A stretch of DNA of 64,000 bases from Zootoca vivipara (taxonomy: Eukaryota), in contig NC_083282.1 of NCBI RefSeq assembly GCF_963506605.1, positions 44,640,001 through 44,704,000 on the forward strand, in the 5' to 3' direction. Every line of letters starts with the position of its first letter. The stretch's first letter is position 1. Made by a program: the position numbers and the translations under genes. The notes beneath the pieces were generated by a model. The model saw nothing but the letters and a program-made list of their open reading frames with translations. It was not told where the DNA came from and did no database searches. Of the stretch, positions 14,269 through 26,123 are shown piece by piece.

Positions 14269-14804
14269 TCTGTGAATTGGGTGTGGCTGCTGTGCTAAGA
14301 AGGGCAGCAGAAACGGATGCTGCAGAGGCAACTTCTTCTACAAGATCAAACTGCTTCCCTGCTTTAGCTGTGATAGGGCAACCACAATCCTTGGGGGACT
14401 AGTTAGCTGGCTGCCTTCTGGAATTGGTAGGGAAGAACTGCTACAACTCTTTAATTTGGGAGGAACAGAGGTAGGATAGCTTAATCTTCAGCCTGAAATC
14501 AGGGTTAATTCAAACACCTAGTGCTGCTGCTGCTAAGCACTCGAGGCTGCAAAGGTACATGTTGGGTAATGGAACTGTTACACTAATTAGGCAAATGGGC
14601 TTTTTTTCTTTTGTGCTGAGACTGTGAAACACCCTATTTGCCTCATTTTCTCAGCTGTTTTCATTCCAAGATGCAGCAGAGGGATTCTGTAAATTGCCAT
14701 GGTACAGACTTGAACGGCTTCGTTGGAAGCTGCCAGTTTAATGTTTTGAACTTGACAAGACTATTTGTCCAGCTATGGAGCCTAAATGGTGTGAACATCC
14801 TAAG

Positions 14805-14840
14805 ATTTATTTATGTATTTATGAGCTATTTATTTTGCAC
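14805..14840 (+). promoter_or_regulatory. AU-rich element cluster in PLK3 3'UTR
   Basis: ATTTATTTATGTATTTATGAGCTATTTATT contains four ATTTA pentamers; mammalian PLK3 mRNA is a known tristetraprolin (ZFP36) target. Confidence 0.75.
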
Positions 14841-14897
14841 CTGTGTCTTGTCAATCATTGCACACCATGCCTCCAAAAACCCAGCTGTCTTGATTAC

Positions 14898-14919
14898 AAT
14901 AAAACTCATTTTTATTAAA
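14898..14919 (+). terminator. Distal poly(A) signals of PLK3
   Basis: AATAAA at 14898-14903 and ATTAAA at 14914-14919, just after the ARE, followed by T/GT-rich sequence. Confidence 0.7.
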
Positions 14920-15997
14920 AGCAAAAGAACAATGGTTACTTTGTAAGTGTCTCATTGGTGGTTAGGAGTTTCAGTGGGGCTGCCTGCGAGGCAGATAAAA
15001 AACTGTATCAATGTTTCGTTGGTCTAGACTACTATAACATATTCATGCTATAGAAAGCTGCTCCATATATTAGTATGTCCCCAGAGGGGAAACTTGGCAG
15101 GTGTGCACCTACAGACAGTAGACATACATCATGTGCTAGCTAGCAACGCAACATTAGCTGCAGATAATAAAAACAACTTCTGCTCAAGTAGTAGCAAAAA
15201 TAAAGATTCTTTTATATACTTGGTTTGGGGAACAAAATTCACCTGGTGCTACAGAAAGAAGGTACATTGCTGGGCATTGCACAGTCAGGGTCCCACTGCC
15301 AAAAAGCCCCTCTTCCCAATAGCTGTCTGCTGCACTTGTTGGGGTCACCTGGAAAGGGATCTCTGAACTTGATCTCAACGTCTGGGAGGAAGCCATTGAG
15401 TGGGATTTAAAGATCAAAAACAATTGGGAGTGGAAATGGACTGGAAGCCAGTGCTGATGAGAGAGCTCTGGTGTAACATGATCAAAACATCTACTCTTGC
15501 AGGCCTATTTGGGACCAACTGAAGTTTCTGGGACATTTTCAAAGGCATCCTGCGTACAATGCATGGCGGTTATCCAAATGGGTGGTTACCAAAGCACATG
15601 AGTAATGGAAGCAAAGGCTATTTTGGTCTAGGCAGAGCATGAACACTGGGGACTTCCCTGTACACAGGCAACATGGTTGGAGGCTAGTTCAAGCATTACA
15701 TCCAGTACAGAAATCTCTTGCAGCTGTTTGAATGTGGCTGAGATGTTCCTGCTTGTGAGAACTGATTTACACATTGCATAGACTAAGCTAATGAAATGCT
15801 GAGCTGAGATGTAGTGTTGGTGGGTTGTTCTTTTTAAAAAATCCCTCTACAAACAAAAAGTGTCCTTATTGTTGCTTGTGATTTTTGCTGTTCTTTCATA
15901 GTCAATGGGTACAATTTGCAGCACCTTGTCACAGTATAGTAGGTGAACGATTTCTCTAATGACCTGTCCAAAATGAACCCCCCTTAGGAATTATTGG

Positions 15998-16086
15998 CAT
16001 AGCTGCCAAGTTATCCCTTTTTAAAGGGATTTCCCCTTATGCTGAATAGGCTTCCTCGCGCGAAAAGGGAAAACTTGGCAGCTATG
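15998..16086. mobile_element. Tiny hAT MITE (89 bp)
   Basis: 15-bp perfect TIR CATAGCTGCCAAGTT; 8-bp TSD ATTATTGG. Confidence 0.9.
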
Positions 16087-16539
16087 ATTATTGGAGGTAC
16101 TTGGCATATGTTTCCCACCTTTTGCTGACTGCTTTTGTCATCACCTTGTTACCTCTAGCCTCTTATTTTACGATTTTTGATGAGTGCGCAAAGGAATTTC
16201 CTCTGGGTTGAGGTCATATGCAACAGTGTTTGTTAGACAAAGCCACCTGCTTTGTTTGGTGCCCTGACATCCCTTCTCTTGGTACTGTTGCCAACAGAGG
16301 CTTACTGAAGCATATCCGGTGTCTGCAAAAATGGGGCAGCTGTTGTAAAAAATGGAAAGGAGTTATTTTAGGGCAGAGGTACTCTGTGTAAGGTTGCCAG
16401 CTGTCTGTTTTTGAACTGGACTGAGGGGGTTCTACGTCATTCTCAGATTGGCAGCAGCCAAAATATGCCTTTATTGAATTGAATTACCATGCACAACTGA
16501 ACAATGGCAGACTCCATAAGATGAGCCCTGTTGGATTTA

Positions 16540-16725
16540 TTGATTGATTTCTACCCCACCTTTCCTCCAAGAAGCTCAAGGCAGTATTTACGGTCCTCCC
16601 CTCCCCATTTTACCCTCACAAAACCCCTGTGAGGTAAATTAAGCTGAGAGGTTATTTCAGCCAATGAGCTTCATAACTGAGTGCGAATTTGAACCCTGGT
16701 CTCCCAGGTCCTAGTCCAACACTTC
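16540..16725 (-). mobile_element. Degenerate tRNA-derived squamate SINE (Squam3-like)
   Basis: Reverse-complement similarity to the copies at 48795 and 55920. Confidence 0.6.
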
Positions 16726-17232
16726 CTCCTACATGTGGCGATTGGCTTGTTAAACTTAATGCTTGGACATATGTACATGTATTCACCATTAAGTGTGCAT
16801 GGGATTGTAGCCTTTGTTTGCTATGTGTTGATTTGTCAAATGTTTATCAGGGTGAAGAAAGTTGTCATTCTTAATCAGCACTGAGACTTTTTTCTGAATG
16901 TTGGCTGCAGCATAGTTTAAGTGAAAAGCTTATTAAGATGGCTTAAGATGTTAGAGCCTCCTGAGGTCATGGAGTTAGTCTATTCCTTCTCACCACACCC
17001 TCATACCTACCAAAAGGAAAAAAAGTCTCTTGGAGATTCTTCTTAATCATCTAAGATACAATGTACTGGCAAGTGGGTTGATAAAGGAAATTATTTTTCT
17101 GGTACAATCAGATAATTGCATAGATACAAACTGTTCAAAGCACACCCACATGAAATACGGTATCTTCTAGCAACAGGTTTAAATTAAGCCTGTAACTTCT
17201 TATAGCACCTTGCAGAGAATTCATGGCAAATA

Positions 17233-17421
17233 CAGTGGTACATCTGTTTAAGAACTTAATTCGTTCCAGAGGTTTGTTCTTAACCCGAAGCACCACTTTA
17301 GCTAATGGGGCCTCCTGCACGATTTCTGTTCTCATCCTGAAGCAAAGTTCTTAACCCGAGGTACTATTTCTGCGTTAGCCAAGTCTGTAACCTGAAGCGT
17401 ATGTAACCCGAGGTACCACTG
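17233..17421. mobile_element. Tc1/mariner (Tigger/pogo-like) MITE
   Basis: TA|CAGTGGTAC...GTACCACTG|TA with subterminal TAACCCGA repeats. Confidence 0.85.
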
Positions 17422-17953
17422 TATAGGCACGCAGATCCAGGATTGTTACAGTTGAAGCCAGTGTCCTAACTTTGAGTCATCTCCACACTATACAGTAGAT
17501 GGAAATACATTGTATTTATGAATATTTCATGCCTCTTCTGCACTTGCTTTTCTCATGAAGTTGATGCTGATATGTGCTGAATCAGCAGTAGATGCATGTT
17601 TTCCATAAGCAACTGTATTTGGTCATAGGAAGATACAGATACAGGCTCTTACAACTTGGGCATGAAGAAAGATACCTTTCTACTTGTGGAGAAGATTCCC
17701 AATGTTATTCTGCCTGAGAACTGCTATAGAATCTACGTAGTTTAATGCTCTGTAAACGCTTTCGAGTGTTTGCCAAACTGCGCTGGTAGCACTCATGGTT
17801 CTTTCATGTCTTTGGGAATTAATTTGTATGATGCTAGAAAATATTACTCTCTATATATTGTACTGTCTATGTGTAGGTAAATAAGCAGCCTAAAGTTAAG
17901 CTAAAAAGAAACTAATAGCTCCTGAGCCATCAGAACCCTTCTATTTCATATTA

Positions 17954-18209
17954 CAGTCGTACCTTGGTTGTTGAATGTCCTGGAACTCGGACATTTTGGC
18001 TCCCAAAGGCCACAAACTCGGAAGTGATTATTCCGGTTTGCGAAAGTTCTTTTGGAACCCGAACATCCAGTGGGGCTTCCGCAGCTTCTGAATGGCTGCA
18101 GGAGCTTCCTGCAGCCAATCAGAAGCCACAATTTGGTTTTCAAACGTTTTGGAAGTCGAACGGACTTCTGGAACAGATTCCGTTCGACTTCCAAGATATG
18201 ACACTACTG
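17954..18209. mobile_element. Tc1/mariner (Tigger/pogo-like) MITE, same family as 56184-56434
   Basis: TA|CAGTCGTACCTTGG start, degenerate right TIR followed by TA, internal palindrome TGGCTGCAGG..CCTGCAGCCA. Confidence 0.85.
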
Positions 18210-18320
18210 TAATATATTTTTATCTGACAATGATACTAAGGATATTAAATTATTCCACTACTGTATTTCATATTAGCTTAAATATGGGTAATAACTACCC
18301 AAGTCACATTATGTATTTCT

Positions 18321-18326
18321 TTTATT
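18321..18326 (-). terminator. Candidate poly(A) signal of DYNLT4
   Basis: AATAAA on the minus strand about 55 nt after the stop codon. Confidence 0.55.
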
Positions 18327-18379
18327 GCTACCTAGGCAACAGGTAAGGGAGAGGGAACTTTAGGATCAGCAAAGCAAGC

Positions 18380-19087
18380 TCATTCAAAATAGAGTCCATG
18401 AACTGTGGCCACAGCAAAGAGTGATGAGTTAGTGAAAGTGGCAGATGCAAAACTGTCATTCTCCACATCCCAGAGGGATTGACTAGCAATGCGCAGACCT
18501 TGGTTGGCCTGTTGGCCCAGAAAGACGTTACACACCAGCTTGTAGCGAGGTGGGCTCAGCTCTTTGACTCTGTTCCGGATGAGGTCTGACAGGTTCTTGG
18601 CCACCTGCCCGCCGTTTGCAGGGTTATACTTGGCATCCCCTAGGGAGGTGGCTAGGACAGACTCAAGAACTTGCTGCACTTGGGAGGCATTAAATTTGCA
18701 GCCTTCATCTGGCTTCGTCTTGTAGCTATTTTCATATTGCGTCTCCCGCATGGGTTCAAGGAGTGGTAACCCAGAGAAACTCACTCGACCGCAATGCATC
18801 CAGGGTCCAATGGAGAGGCGCCTTCCCCCAGCAGCCAGCGAGTTCCTCCTGCTGGGAAAAGGGGCATTGAGGATGCTCATGATGGAGCTTCTCCGGGATG
18901 GTGGAAAGGGGGCTTTCCCTTCTTCGATACTCTGCAAACGAAGTAGTGGCTTGGGTGCCATATCTGTTGACTGGGAGTGCAGGGGGAGAGAGAGTGGCCC
19001 TGCCTTCGGATGGCCAGAGTCTGTGCACTCTGAGGACATCATCTGGTTTAGAGTTTCCTGGGACAGAACCTGAGGCCGCTCTGCCAT
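18380..19087 (-). CDS. DYNLT4: Dynein light chain Tctex-type 4 (TCTEX1D4), single coding exon, 235 aa
   Basis: C-terminal Tctex-1 domain (PPRYKLVC...SLWD...FAVATVHGLYFE); N-terminal RRxS motifs and RVSFSGLP as in human TCTEX1D4; located between PLK3 and BTBD19; pyrimidine tract and CAG acceptor 20 nt before the ATG (exon starts at 19107). Confidence 0.95.
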   Translation of the reverse strand: MAERPQVLSQETLNQMMSSECTDSGHPKAGPLSLPLHSQSTDMAPKPLLRLQSIEEGKAPFPPSRRSSIMSILNAPFPSRRNSLAAGGRRLSIGPWMHCGRVSFSGLPLLEPMRETQYENSYKTKPDEGCKFNASQVQQVLESVLATSLGDAKYNPANGGQVAKNLSDLIRNRVKELSPPRYKLVCNVFLGQQANQGLRIASQSLWDVENDSFASATFTNSSLFAVATVHGLYFE

Positions 19088-20262
19088 GCCTAAGTGGTAT
19101 TCAACTCCTGGGACACAAGAGAAAGAAAAACTAAATTACATCAATACATTACTGCTCACTAGGGCCACTATTCTCCCAGCAACCCATTTCTTTGTTCACC
19201 TGGACAAAAGTTTATTTACAGGAGCATTCCTCAAAAAGAAAAAGTTGACTCCCTCCTTCAAAACCAGCAACGTACAAATGTCTATGTAGCCAGAGTATCT
19301 GAGAATGTCATTGCATGACTTTATGCTGTTATTTTTGGATGCTTTTTGTTGCTATTTTAGGTTTGTTTTTAAATTTGCATGTTTTTATTGAGATTTAGGC
19401 CTTGATTTGTTTGGTTCCCTGCCCTGTGAGGGGGGCACATTATTGCACAAAAGGGCAGTGGATAAATATGTTAAGAAATAACAGACGGTTGAAAGAAAGT
19501 GATGGCGCTTGGGATAGAGGAACTGACTCCGTCCCTGGCGTAACACATCCAGGCTCAGAGGCTGGATTTGTCCATTAAGGAAAAATGTGTTGGGGAGGGG
19601 AGAGAGTGGTTCTAGGAAGTGGGGGTTGAAAGCAGGTTAGCTCAAAAGGCCAAGAAGTAGTTTTGTTCCTTTTTAAAATTACACATGAAAACTGAGATTT
19701 TCCCATAACTCTGTAACTCCAGATTCTATGAGGCAAGAGTCTTAAGAAAAAAAAACATAAAGGAAGTGGGATAAATGGGCCATTGCCAGGGACATTAAAA
19801 CCAAGAAGGAAGAGTGGAAAGAACAGCTGCAAAATTATTTGAGCCTTCTTCACTTCTTTTCTGTTGGGATTGGAAGCAATACATACTACAAACTGCTTGA
19901 AAGTGAGTGAGGGTGCATACTAGAGATCACGTCTATGTAGGTATAAATGAAGACTTGGTTTCCTTTCCTTTCTTTGCTATTTTTAAAAACCCATTTTAAT
20001 TTTTCTTTAATCCTGTGATTATTTGGCATAGACTATAATATTTTTGTAGGACTGTAGGCGCCTTAAGCTCTTGGAGATAGAGCAGGTTAGGAATTTAAGT
20101 GAAATATGGCTAATTTGATTAGAAACGGCATCCTATCTTTTAAGGAAACGTTTACATGATAACAATACAGATCTACTACTTTTTAAACTGACTTCCATGT
20201 CCCTTATTCAAACAACCACAGAAAAACAACAACAAAGGAATGATTTCCCATGGCCAATGATA

Positions 20263-20391
20263 TTTATTCTAGAAAAAGAGGTGCCGGAACGCACCATGAA
20301 CACCTCCCTTGTTCTTTTATAATGGCAATGGCACCCACCTGACAGGTGCTGGAACGGAGTTCAGGCAGGTTCTGGCTGAATAAAAGCCCTG
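20263..20391. mobile_element. Truncated hAT-like MITE
   Basis: Repeated AGGTGCYGGAAC units ending in AAAAGCCCTG (TIR-like). Confidence 0.5.
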
Positions 20392-20469
20392 GGTCTTTCA
20401 ACTGAAAGTAATAGGAGTATTCTCACGCCCACCTGGTAACCTTTTGCATTTTAGGTCAGATTAACTAAA

Positions 20470-20730
20470 GATCGTGAAGCTGAGGCTCCAATACTTTGGC
20501 CACCTCATGAGAAGAGAAGAATCCTTGGAAAAGACCCTGATGTTGGGAAAGATTGAGGGCACTAGGAGAAGGGGACGACAGAGGACAAGATGGTTGGACA
20601 GTGTTCTCGAAGCTACGAACATGAGTTTGACCAAACTGCGGGAGGCAGTGCAAGACAGGAGTGCCTGGCGTGCTATGGTCCATGGGGTCACGAAGAGTCG
20701 GACACGACTAAACGACTAAACAACAACAAC
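20470..20730 (+). mobile_element. 5'-truncated Bov-B (RTE) LINE 3' end
   Basis: Open frame encodes the Bov-B C-terminus (KLRLQYFGHLMRREESLEKTLMLGKIEG...VHGVTKSRTRLND*); (CAA)n tail; TSD AACTAAA. Confidence 0.95.
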
Positions 20731-21016
20731 AACTAAACAGAACAGTATAAATCTCCCTCCTCCATTTTCAAATACTCATTAGGTGGGAAATCGGCACATG
20801 CTTAACCTCACCGGATACTGATTAAGCAAAAAGGATGACTTAAATGTGATTACAGGTAATTAATTCCCATTAAGTGATCTTGTGTGCACAGCACACAGGA
20901 GTTGCAGAGCATGCAAGAAAACCATTGAAAACACCAGCAAAATATTTTGCTCAGTCAGCAAAAGGTGTGATTTATAGAGATGGACCACAGTGATGTTCGA
21001 GTCTGGCCTATCTTAC

Positions 21017-21235
21017 CTGGAAGCAATGAAGCCCCACACAGAGGCCAGTGGGCTTGATAGAAGTTGAGTCCTGCTACATCCGTGGCCAAGAGATAGGCTG
21101 TGGAAGCCGTTTAATACCCTTCATCTTGCTAAAGCTTGCTCAGGCTTGTTGCAAGGACCTGCCAATGCCCTCGCCCCCTACCTCCCTGCCTTATTCAGCT
21201 CCCTCCCCTGTCCTGGTAAATCATTGGCTGTTTAA
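21017..21235 (-). promoter_or_regulatory. DYNLT4: Inferred DYNLT4 promoter and non-coding exon 1
   Basis: Minus strand reads AGCCAATGA (CCAAT box), GGGGCGAGGG (GC box), TATTAAA (21110-21116), then a strong donor CAG|GTAAGA at 21017/21016 that can pair with the acceptor at 19107. Confidence 0.5.
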
Positions 21236-21748
21236 TGTGACAGTTCAATGAGGAGAGCCATCAAAGGCATTGCAGGAGGACTGGGCAGGCTGCCACCCAA
21301 AATACATGGTCTCCGTGGAGACTGTCTCACTCACATTATTTTTGCACAGCTTAGAGTGTGTGTGTGGCAGTTTATGCCTCTATGTTTCATGGGGGGGCAG
21401 AGGAAATATTTGGTTATGGCCTAATGTCCCTTGTAGCCATTGTAGTCAAGGGGGCTCCATGAGGTCATACATTCTGACCCCACCATTCCCTTCCTATTTG
21501 TGTCTATGGTTCATAGCTGAATATAGCTTGTTGTCCAAACTGGAGGTGATATTAACTGCATGCCTTGGGAGAGAGAGGGGAGGGATCTCTCCAGACTGGT
21601 GTTTGATATTCTTCAACATGTCCTTGACATAATGATAATGCACTAGTGGCAGGTTTATTCTGCTTTGTTGGTTTGTTCTGTGATGCTTCCCCAATGCTAC
21701 CTCATTATTGCTGTCTGCAGGGGCTGCACACGACTTAAGCAGGACAAG

Positions 21749-21838
21749 AGGGTTGGACTGGATGGCCCTGCTTGGCAGGGGGTTGGACTGGATGGCCCTT
21801 GTGGTCTCTTCCAACTCTATGATTCTATGATTCTATGA
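21749..21838 (+). mobile_element. CR1-type 3' tail fragment
   Basis: GGGTTGGACTGGATGGCCCT (duplicated)...TTCCAACTCT followed by (ATGATTCT)n. Confidence 0.8.
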
Positions 21839-24800
21839 AAAGTAAACCAGCAGGAAGTTGCAGGATACATACTGAATGGAAAAGCCATACAACCTCAAAA
21901 CCTCAAACAGCATTGAAAGTGGGATTGTGTATGGCTGCCCTGGTAGCATCATGAGCACCGAATAATCATGAATGCGAAATTCTGGAGGGGCCCAGAAACC
22001 CCTTCTCTTCCTGCCACACTCCTGAAAAAACTGTGCCCTCTTTGAAGCTGCTGTATGCATTTTAAGCGAACCTACCTTTGGCAATCAGGGAGGATTCCTA
22101 TGAACAGCAAAGATCAGCTTTCAGAGCAGAGCATCTTTGTAGGCAGGGTGTGGTGGGGAAGTCAGTACCATGGTAGAGTTGAGTTTTAGCTCTCTTTTTC
22201 CTTCCCACCACACAGTTATGAGGCTCCTCAGACTTCTCATAGACTTGCAAATTGCATGAGCTTCATTCACACAATTCTAGTTTCACCCTCATTCTCACTG
22301 TAGGCCCAAGTCCTGCCATGTAGACAAAACACTGTCTCACAATGGACTTATTTGGAATTGCCAGTTGCAGTAACTGGATTTCATTTATTTGCACTCTTTT
22401 TCCTTAGTGTCCCTAATGGAAAGGAAAGGAAAGAAGAAACTTAATAATAATAAGTTTATTTTACAATGTTTGTTACTGGTTCCAAAACAGCATGGCTCTT
22501 AAAAAAAATAGCCCACCGAGTACCTTGTATTCCAGAAATTTGGTTAGTCAAATATTATTTATTAGATAACATTAATTATAGGCATGTCTGCACATACACA
22601 GACCCCAACAGATGCCCATGTGTCCTACCATAAAGGGGACATTCCTCCATTTGAAGGGATGGCAGAGTACAATCCTCTATTTCAAGGGCTACATGAGCCA
22701 AAATTGGTTTAGAGATAAGGAAGAACAGTGGGAAGTAGGCACATGGGCCACACAGTTGGTGAGATGTCTTTTCTTTATATTTAAATTACTGTATTTTTAT
22801 TTAAAAAATGCATCCATGCATATAAATTAGCACTGCAAATATTGTGCAAATCTGCGTCCCCTTTTCTTATGAGGCATAGGTTGCCACTCTGACACATACA
22901 CACATTCCAAAATAAAATAGAAAAGTATATTGGCTGACTAAAGCTACTCAAAGCTGGATTAAATTTGTTGAAATGCCATCAACAGAGCCTTAGGATCCAG
23001 CTACCAGCTGCACATGAATGCATGTAATGAAACCGTGACGGGCCCTATTGCTTAACTGCAAAACAGCATCAGGAAGGGATGATTTGGAGCAAATAAATAG
23101 CAAGGGGAAGGGGTGCTCAATCCTGTCTGCTCCTTCACTGGTGCAACTCTATCTTAAGTGCATTTCCCCAGAAGGAAGAAGCCCATCATGGTTTTATTTA
23201 CACATATACATGAAGAATGTGCCATTAAGTATACAGTTGGCTATGATCAAATGTCGAACCTATTCTTATGTTATCAGGTTGCCGTGGTTGCAGCTTCCCT
23301 GTGGCTCCATCAGTTCCAGTGATATCTTTGGTTACCCTTCATCCAAGCACTTGGCATCCACTTCCTGCAAGCAGTCAATCTATTGTCCAGCTAAAGGTGT
23401 TCACTGATGCCAGGTCAAATCTGACATTTAAGTAGAAGTCAAAAGGCACTTTCCACGTATGTCTTTTTAGAGGAAACAAAGTGATGCGGGGGTACAGCTG
23501 CGGTCAGGTGATTTCTGACTAACCAAGACTGCTTTCTTTACCTGCATAATAAAACAATTTTGACAGGACTAGCACTTAATTGCCAGGCAGAGAGTTATAC
23601 AAATGGAAGCGTATTGTACACTTTGTTCTGGGGATAGGAGAGAGTAGTTTTTAACTTAGTCTGCGTACACATTACCGCTCATTCTGGTTCCAGTGCACTC
23701 TCACCACTGGTGTTCAAAGCCGAGGATACTACATGACATTCCTATCTGTCATGTAGTTTCTTGAGAAATACTGCTGTTTGGTATCCTTTCCCTCAAACCA
23801 GCTTCCATCTGATTTGAAAATGTAAGCTTTGTTCCCTTTGCAGTAAAGCTGAGGGGTGTACATTTGAGACAGCTGTTGCACATGTCAGATGACAGCTTCA
23901 TGAATTCTAGGGTGGCGGAGTTGCAGGCGTGGGAAAACCAAACAGGTCCCTGACGTATCCACACAGCAACACGCAAATGCAACTTGAAATGCTGAGCAGG
24001 AAAACAAAGGTGCCGTGCTTTAAGGCAGTAATGTACATCTCACTTTAGGCATTAACTAGGCACCAGTACCTTGGGCAGTAAACCTTAAGGATTTCATTAA
24101 AGAGCCTTCTGCCCCAGAAGGCCTTGCGGAGACCGACAGTCTCCCAAATATATTATTTCAACAGCATGAAACCTATGTAGGGCAGCTCCTCAGCTAAGGA
24201 TAGGTTTTGGTTACTTACAAGTGGGGTTGCCCAGTGACTGTTTAAGAAATTGAACTAGCTCCTCCTGCACCTTTAATGACTTAATATGACTAGCTCCTCC
24301 TGCACCTTTAATATGACTTTCCATCCCACACTGACCAACCTAGCTTCATTGGTGGAACTACATAATCCCTGCCCGTTGGAAAGTGCCTTAACAGATACAA
24401 TGGACTGGCACTTCAGACCATTACTTAGGACAGTTAGTTTAAGGCAGTATTTGGCTTTGAATGGAAGCCTGAGGGAGCTGGTGTTAGCAGCGTCTCATTT
24501 ACACCACAGAGGCAAAGACCAAATGAGAGCTACCTCCTAAAAGTGACAGGGGCTGTTAACTGGGGCCACTTATTATGTTTTATTTAACTTCCCACACTAG
24601 TCTGGTGATGCTGAAACAAGTAGCATGTGTAGTGTGTGTGTCATATAATACGATTCTTTCCCCATGTCATTGCTAGTTTCACCTCTCCTTAGGGCCAGAT
24701 GACGTTATGGCATGGATATGGGGAGTTACCATGTCATTTGCCCCTCCTACCAAGTGGTATCCCTGCTTCACACATTACTTCAGCTGTGGGACATAATAAT

Positions 24801-26123
24801 CCAGACATCCATTTTATTGTACACTCATTGTGTTGCTGCTCATGATGCTTTCAGGGTGGTCATACAAGATTCTGCTTTCAATACTATTCGCACCTGCAAA
24901 AGTTTTGGGGTGGTCATACTGCTTCATTTCCAATCAGTACACATTTCGTAACTTCCTGCAGATGTTCTGGGTTTGTTGTCCCATTTTTACTGTGCTATAG
25001 GCCCTCTGGATAGCAATAATGTAGTAGCATTGGGGAAGTATTGCAGAACTAATAAAGAGGAATAATAAAGAGTGGATGGGGAAACCCAGCCAGATGGGTG
25101 GGGTATAAATAATAACATAATCATCATCAAATCTGCCACTAATTCACGTTGCAAAATATGCCCACAATAAAACATTGGCCTGGAGGGAACCACAGAAACA
25201 TCAGCCACACTAATTAGGTAAATTAAGAATCGGCCCTTGGAGAGCAGTGTCAAAGGCCTTTGAACTATTTCAGTGGCCAGGTATATGTTCTTAAGGATGT
25301 TGCTACGATCCTAAACATTTCCTCCCACCCAAACTACATCTCTGCATTGCCCTGAGCTACTATTGACAGAAAGATAGTGCTGGAGTCTGTTATACGTGGA
25401 TGTCATATGACCTCAACACGTCACAATCTCTCTTTTTGTCACATGTGCGCGCGCACATGCATTCTGCGACAATGAAGCAATCATTTCTATATGCCTTCAG
25501 GAAATTATGCAAAAGACCTTAGCAACTCTGTGGCAAAGCAGAAACACTGAGGATACCAGATGCAGAGATGTGTCATTTTCATTTAGCTGACAGAGGAGTT
25601 GGCAGTCTTGTGACCTCCCAATGCCAAGGATGAGCTCCTGCCAAGTTTGAGCCAGTTCTGAGTCCCCCCCCAAAAATACACACACACAGGCAGTTTCCCC
25701 AACACAAAGGTACAGTTTGCTTGCTTAAGACAGCCCCTGGAATGAGTCTATCCCCCTTTCCTTTTTTATTTAACCCCCGCTCTCTCATTTTTCCACATTC
25801 TCCAGCCTGTTTTGCTGCGTTGCTCATGCTTTTTACAAAAGCCTTTCCCTTCAGGATTTCTGCGGTCCCTCCCAGAGCAGCTGGATTTTAGGGCCTGGGC
25901 AGCTGCTGTTGCCTGGCAATGAGCTATGTTGCTTCCCCCTTTTCTGGCCTTTCTCTGCATTCCTGCCTCGCAGCTGAGCGCCCAGCCAGCCATGACTTCT
26001 CTCAGCTATATCTTTATCACAGACAGACAGGCCAAGGAAGCCCCCGCTGAGCCCCTGAGCGTGCCTGCTGCCCTGGTCTCCTAGGCCTGGACCTGATCCT
26101 GATCCGGAGCCCATTCCCTAACC

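Noticed and set aside
18750-19134. Plus-strand and alternate-frame ORFs over DYNLT4
   Set aside because: Shadow frames of the real coding exon
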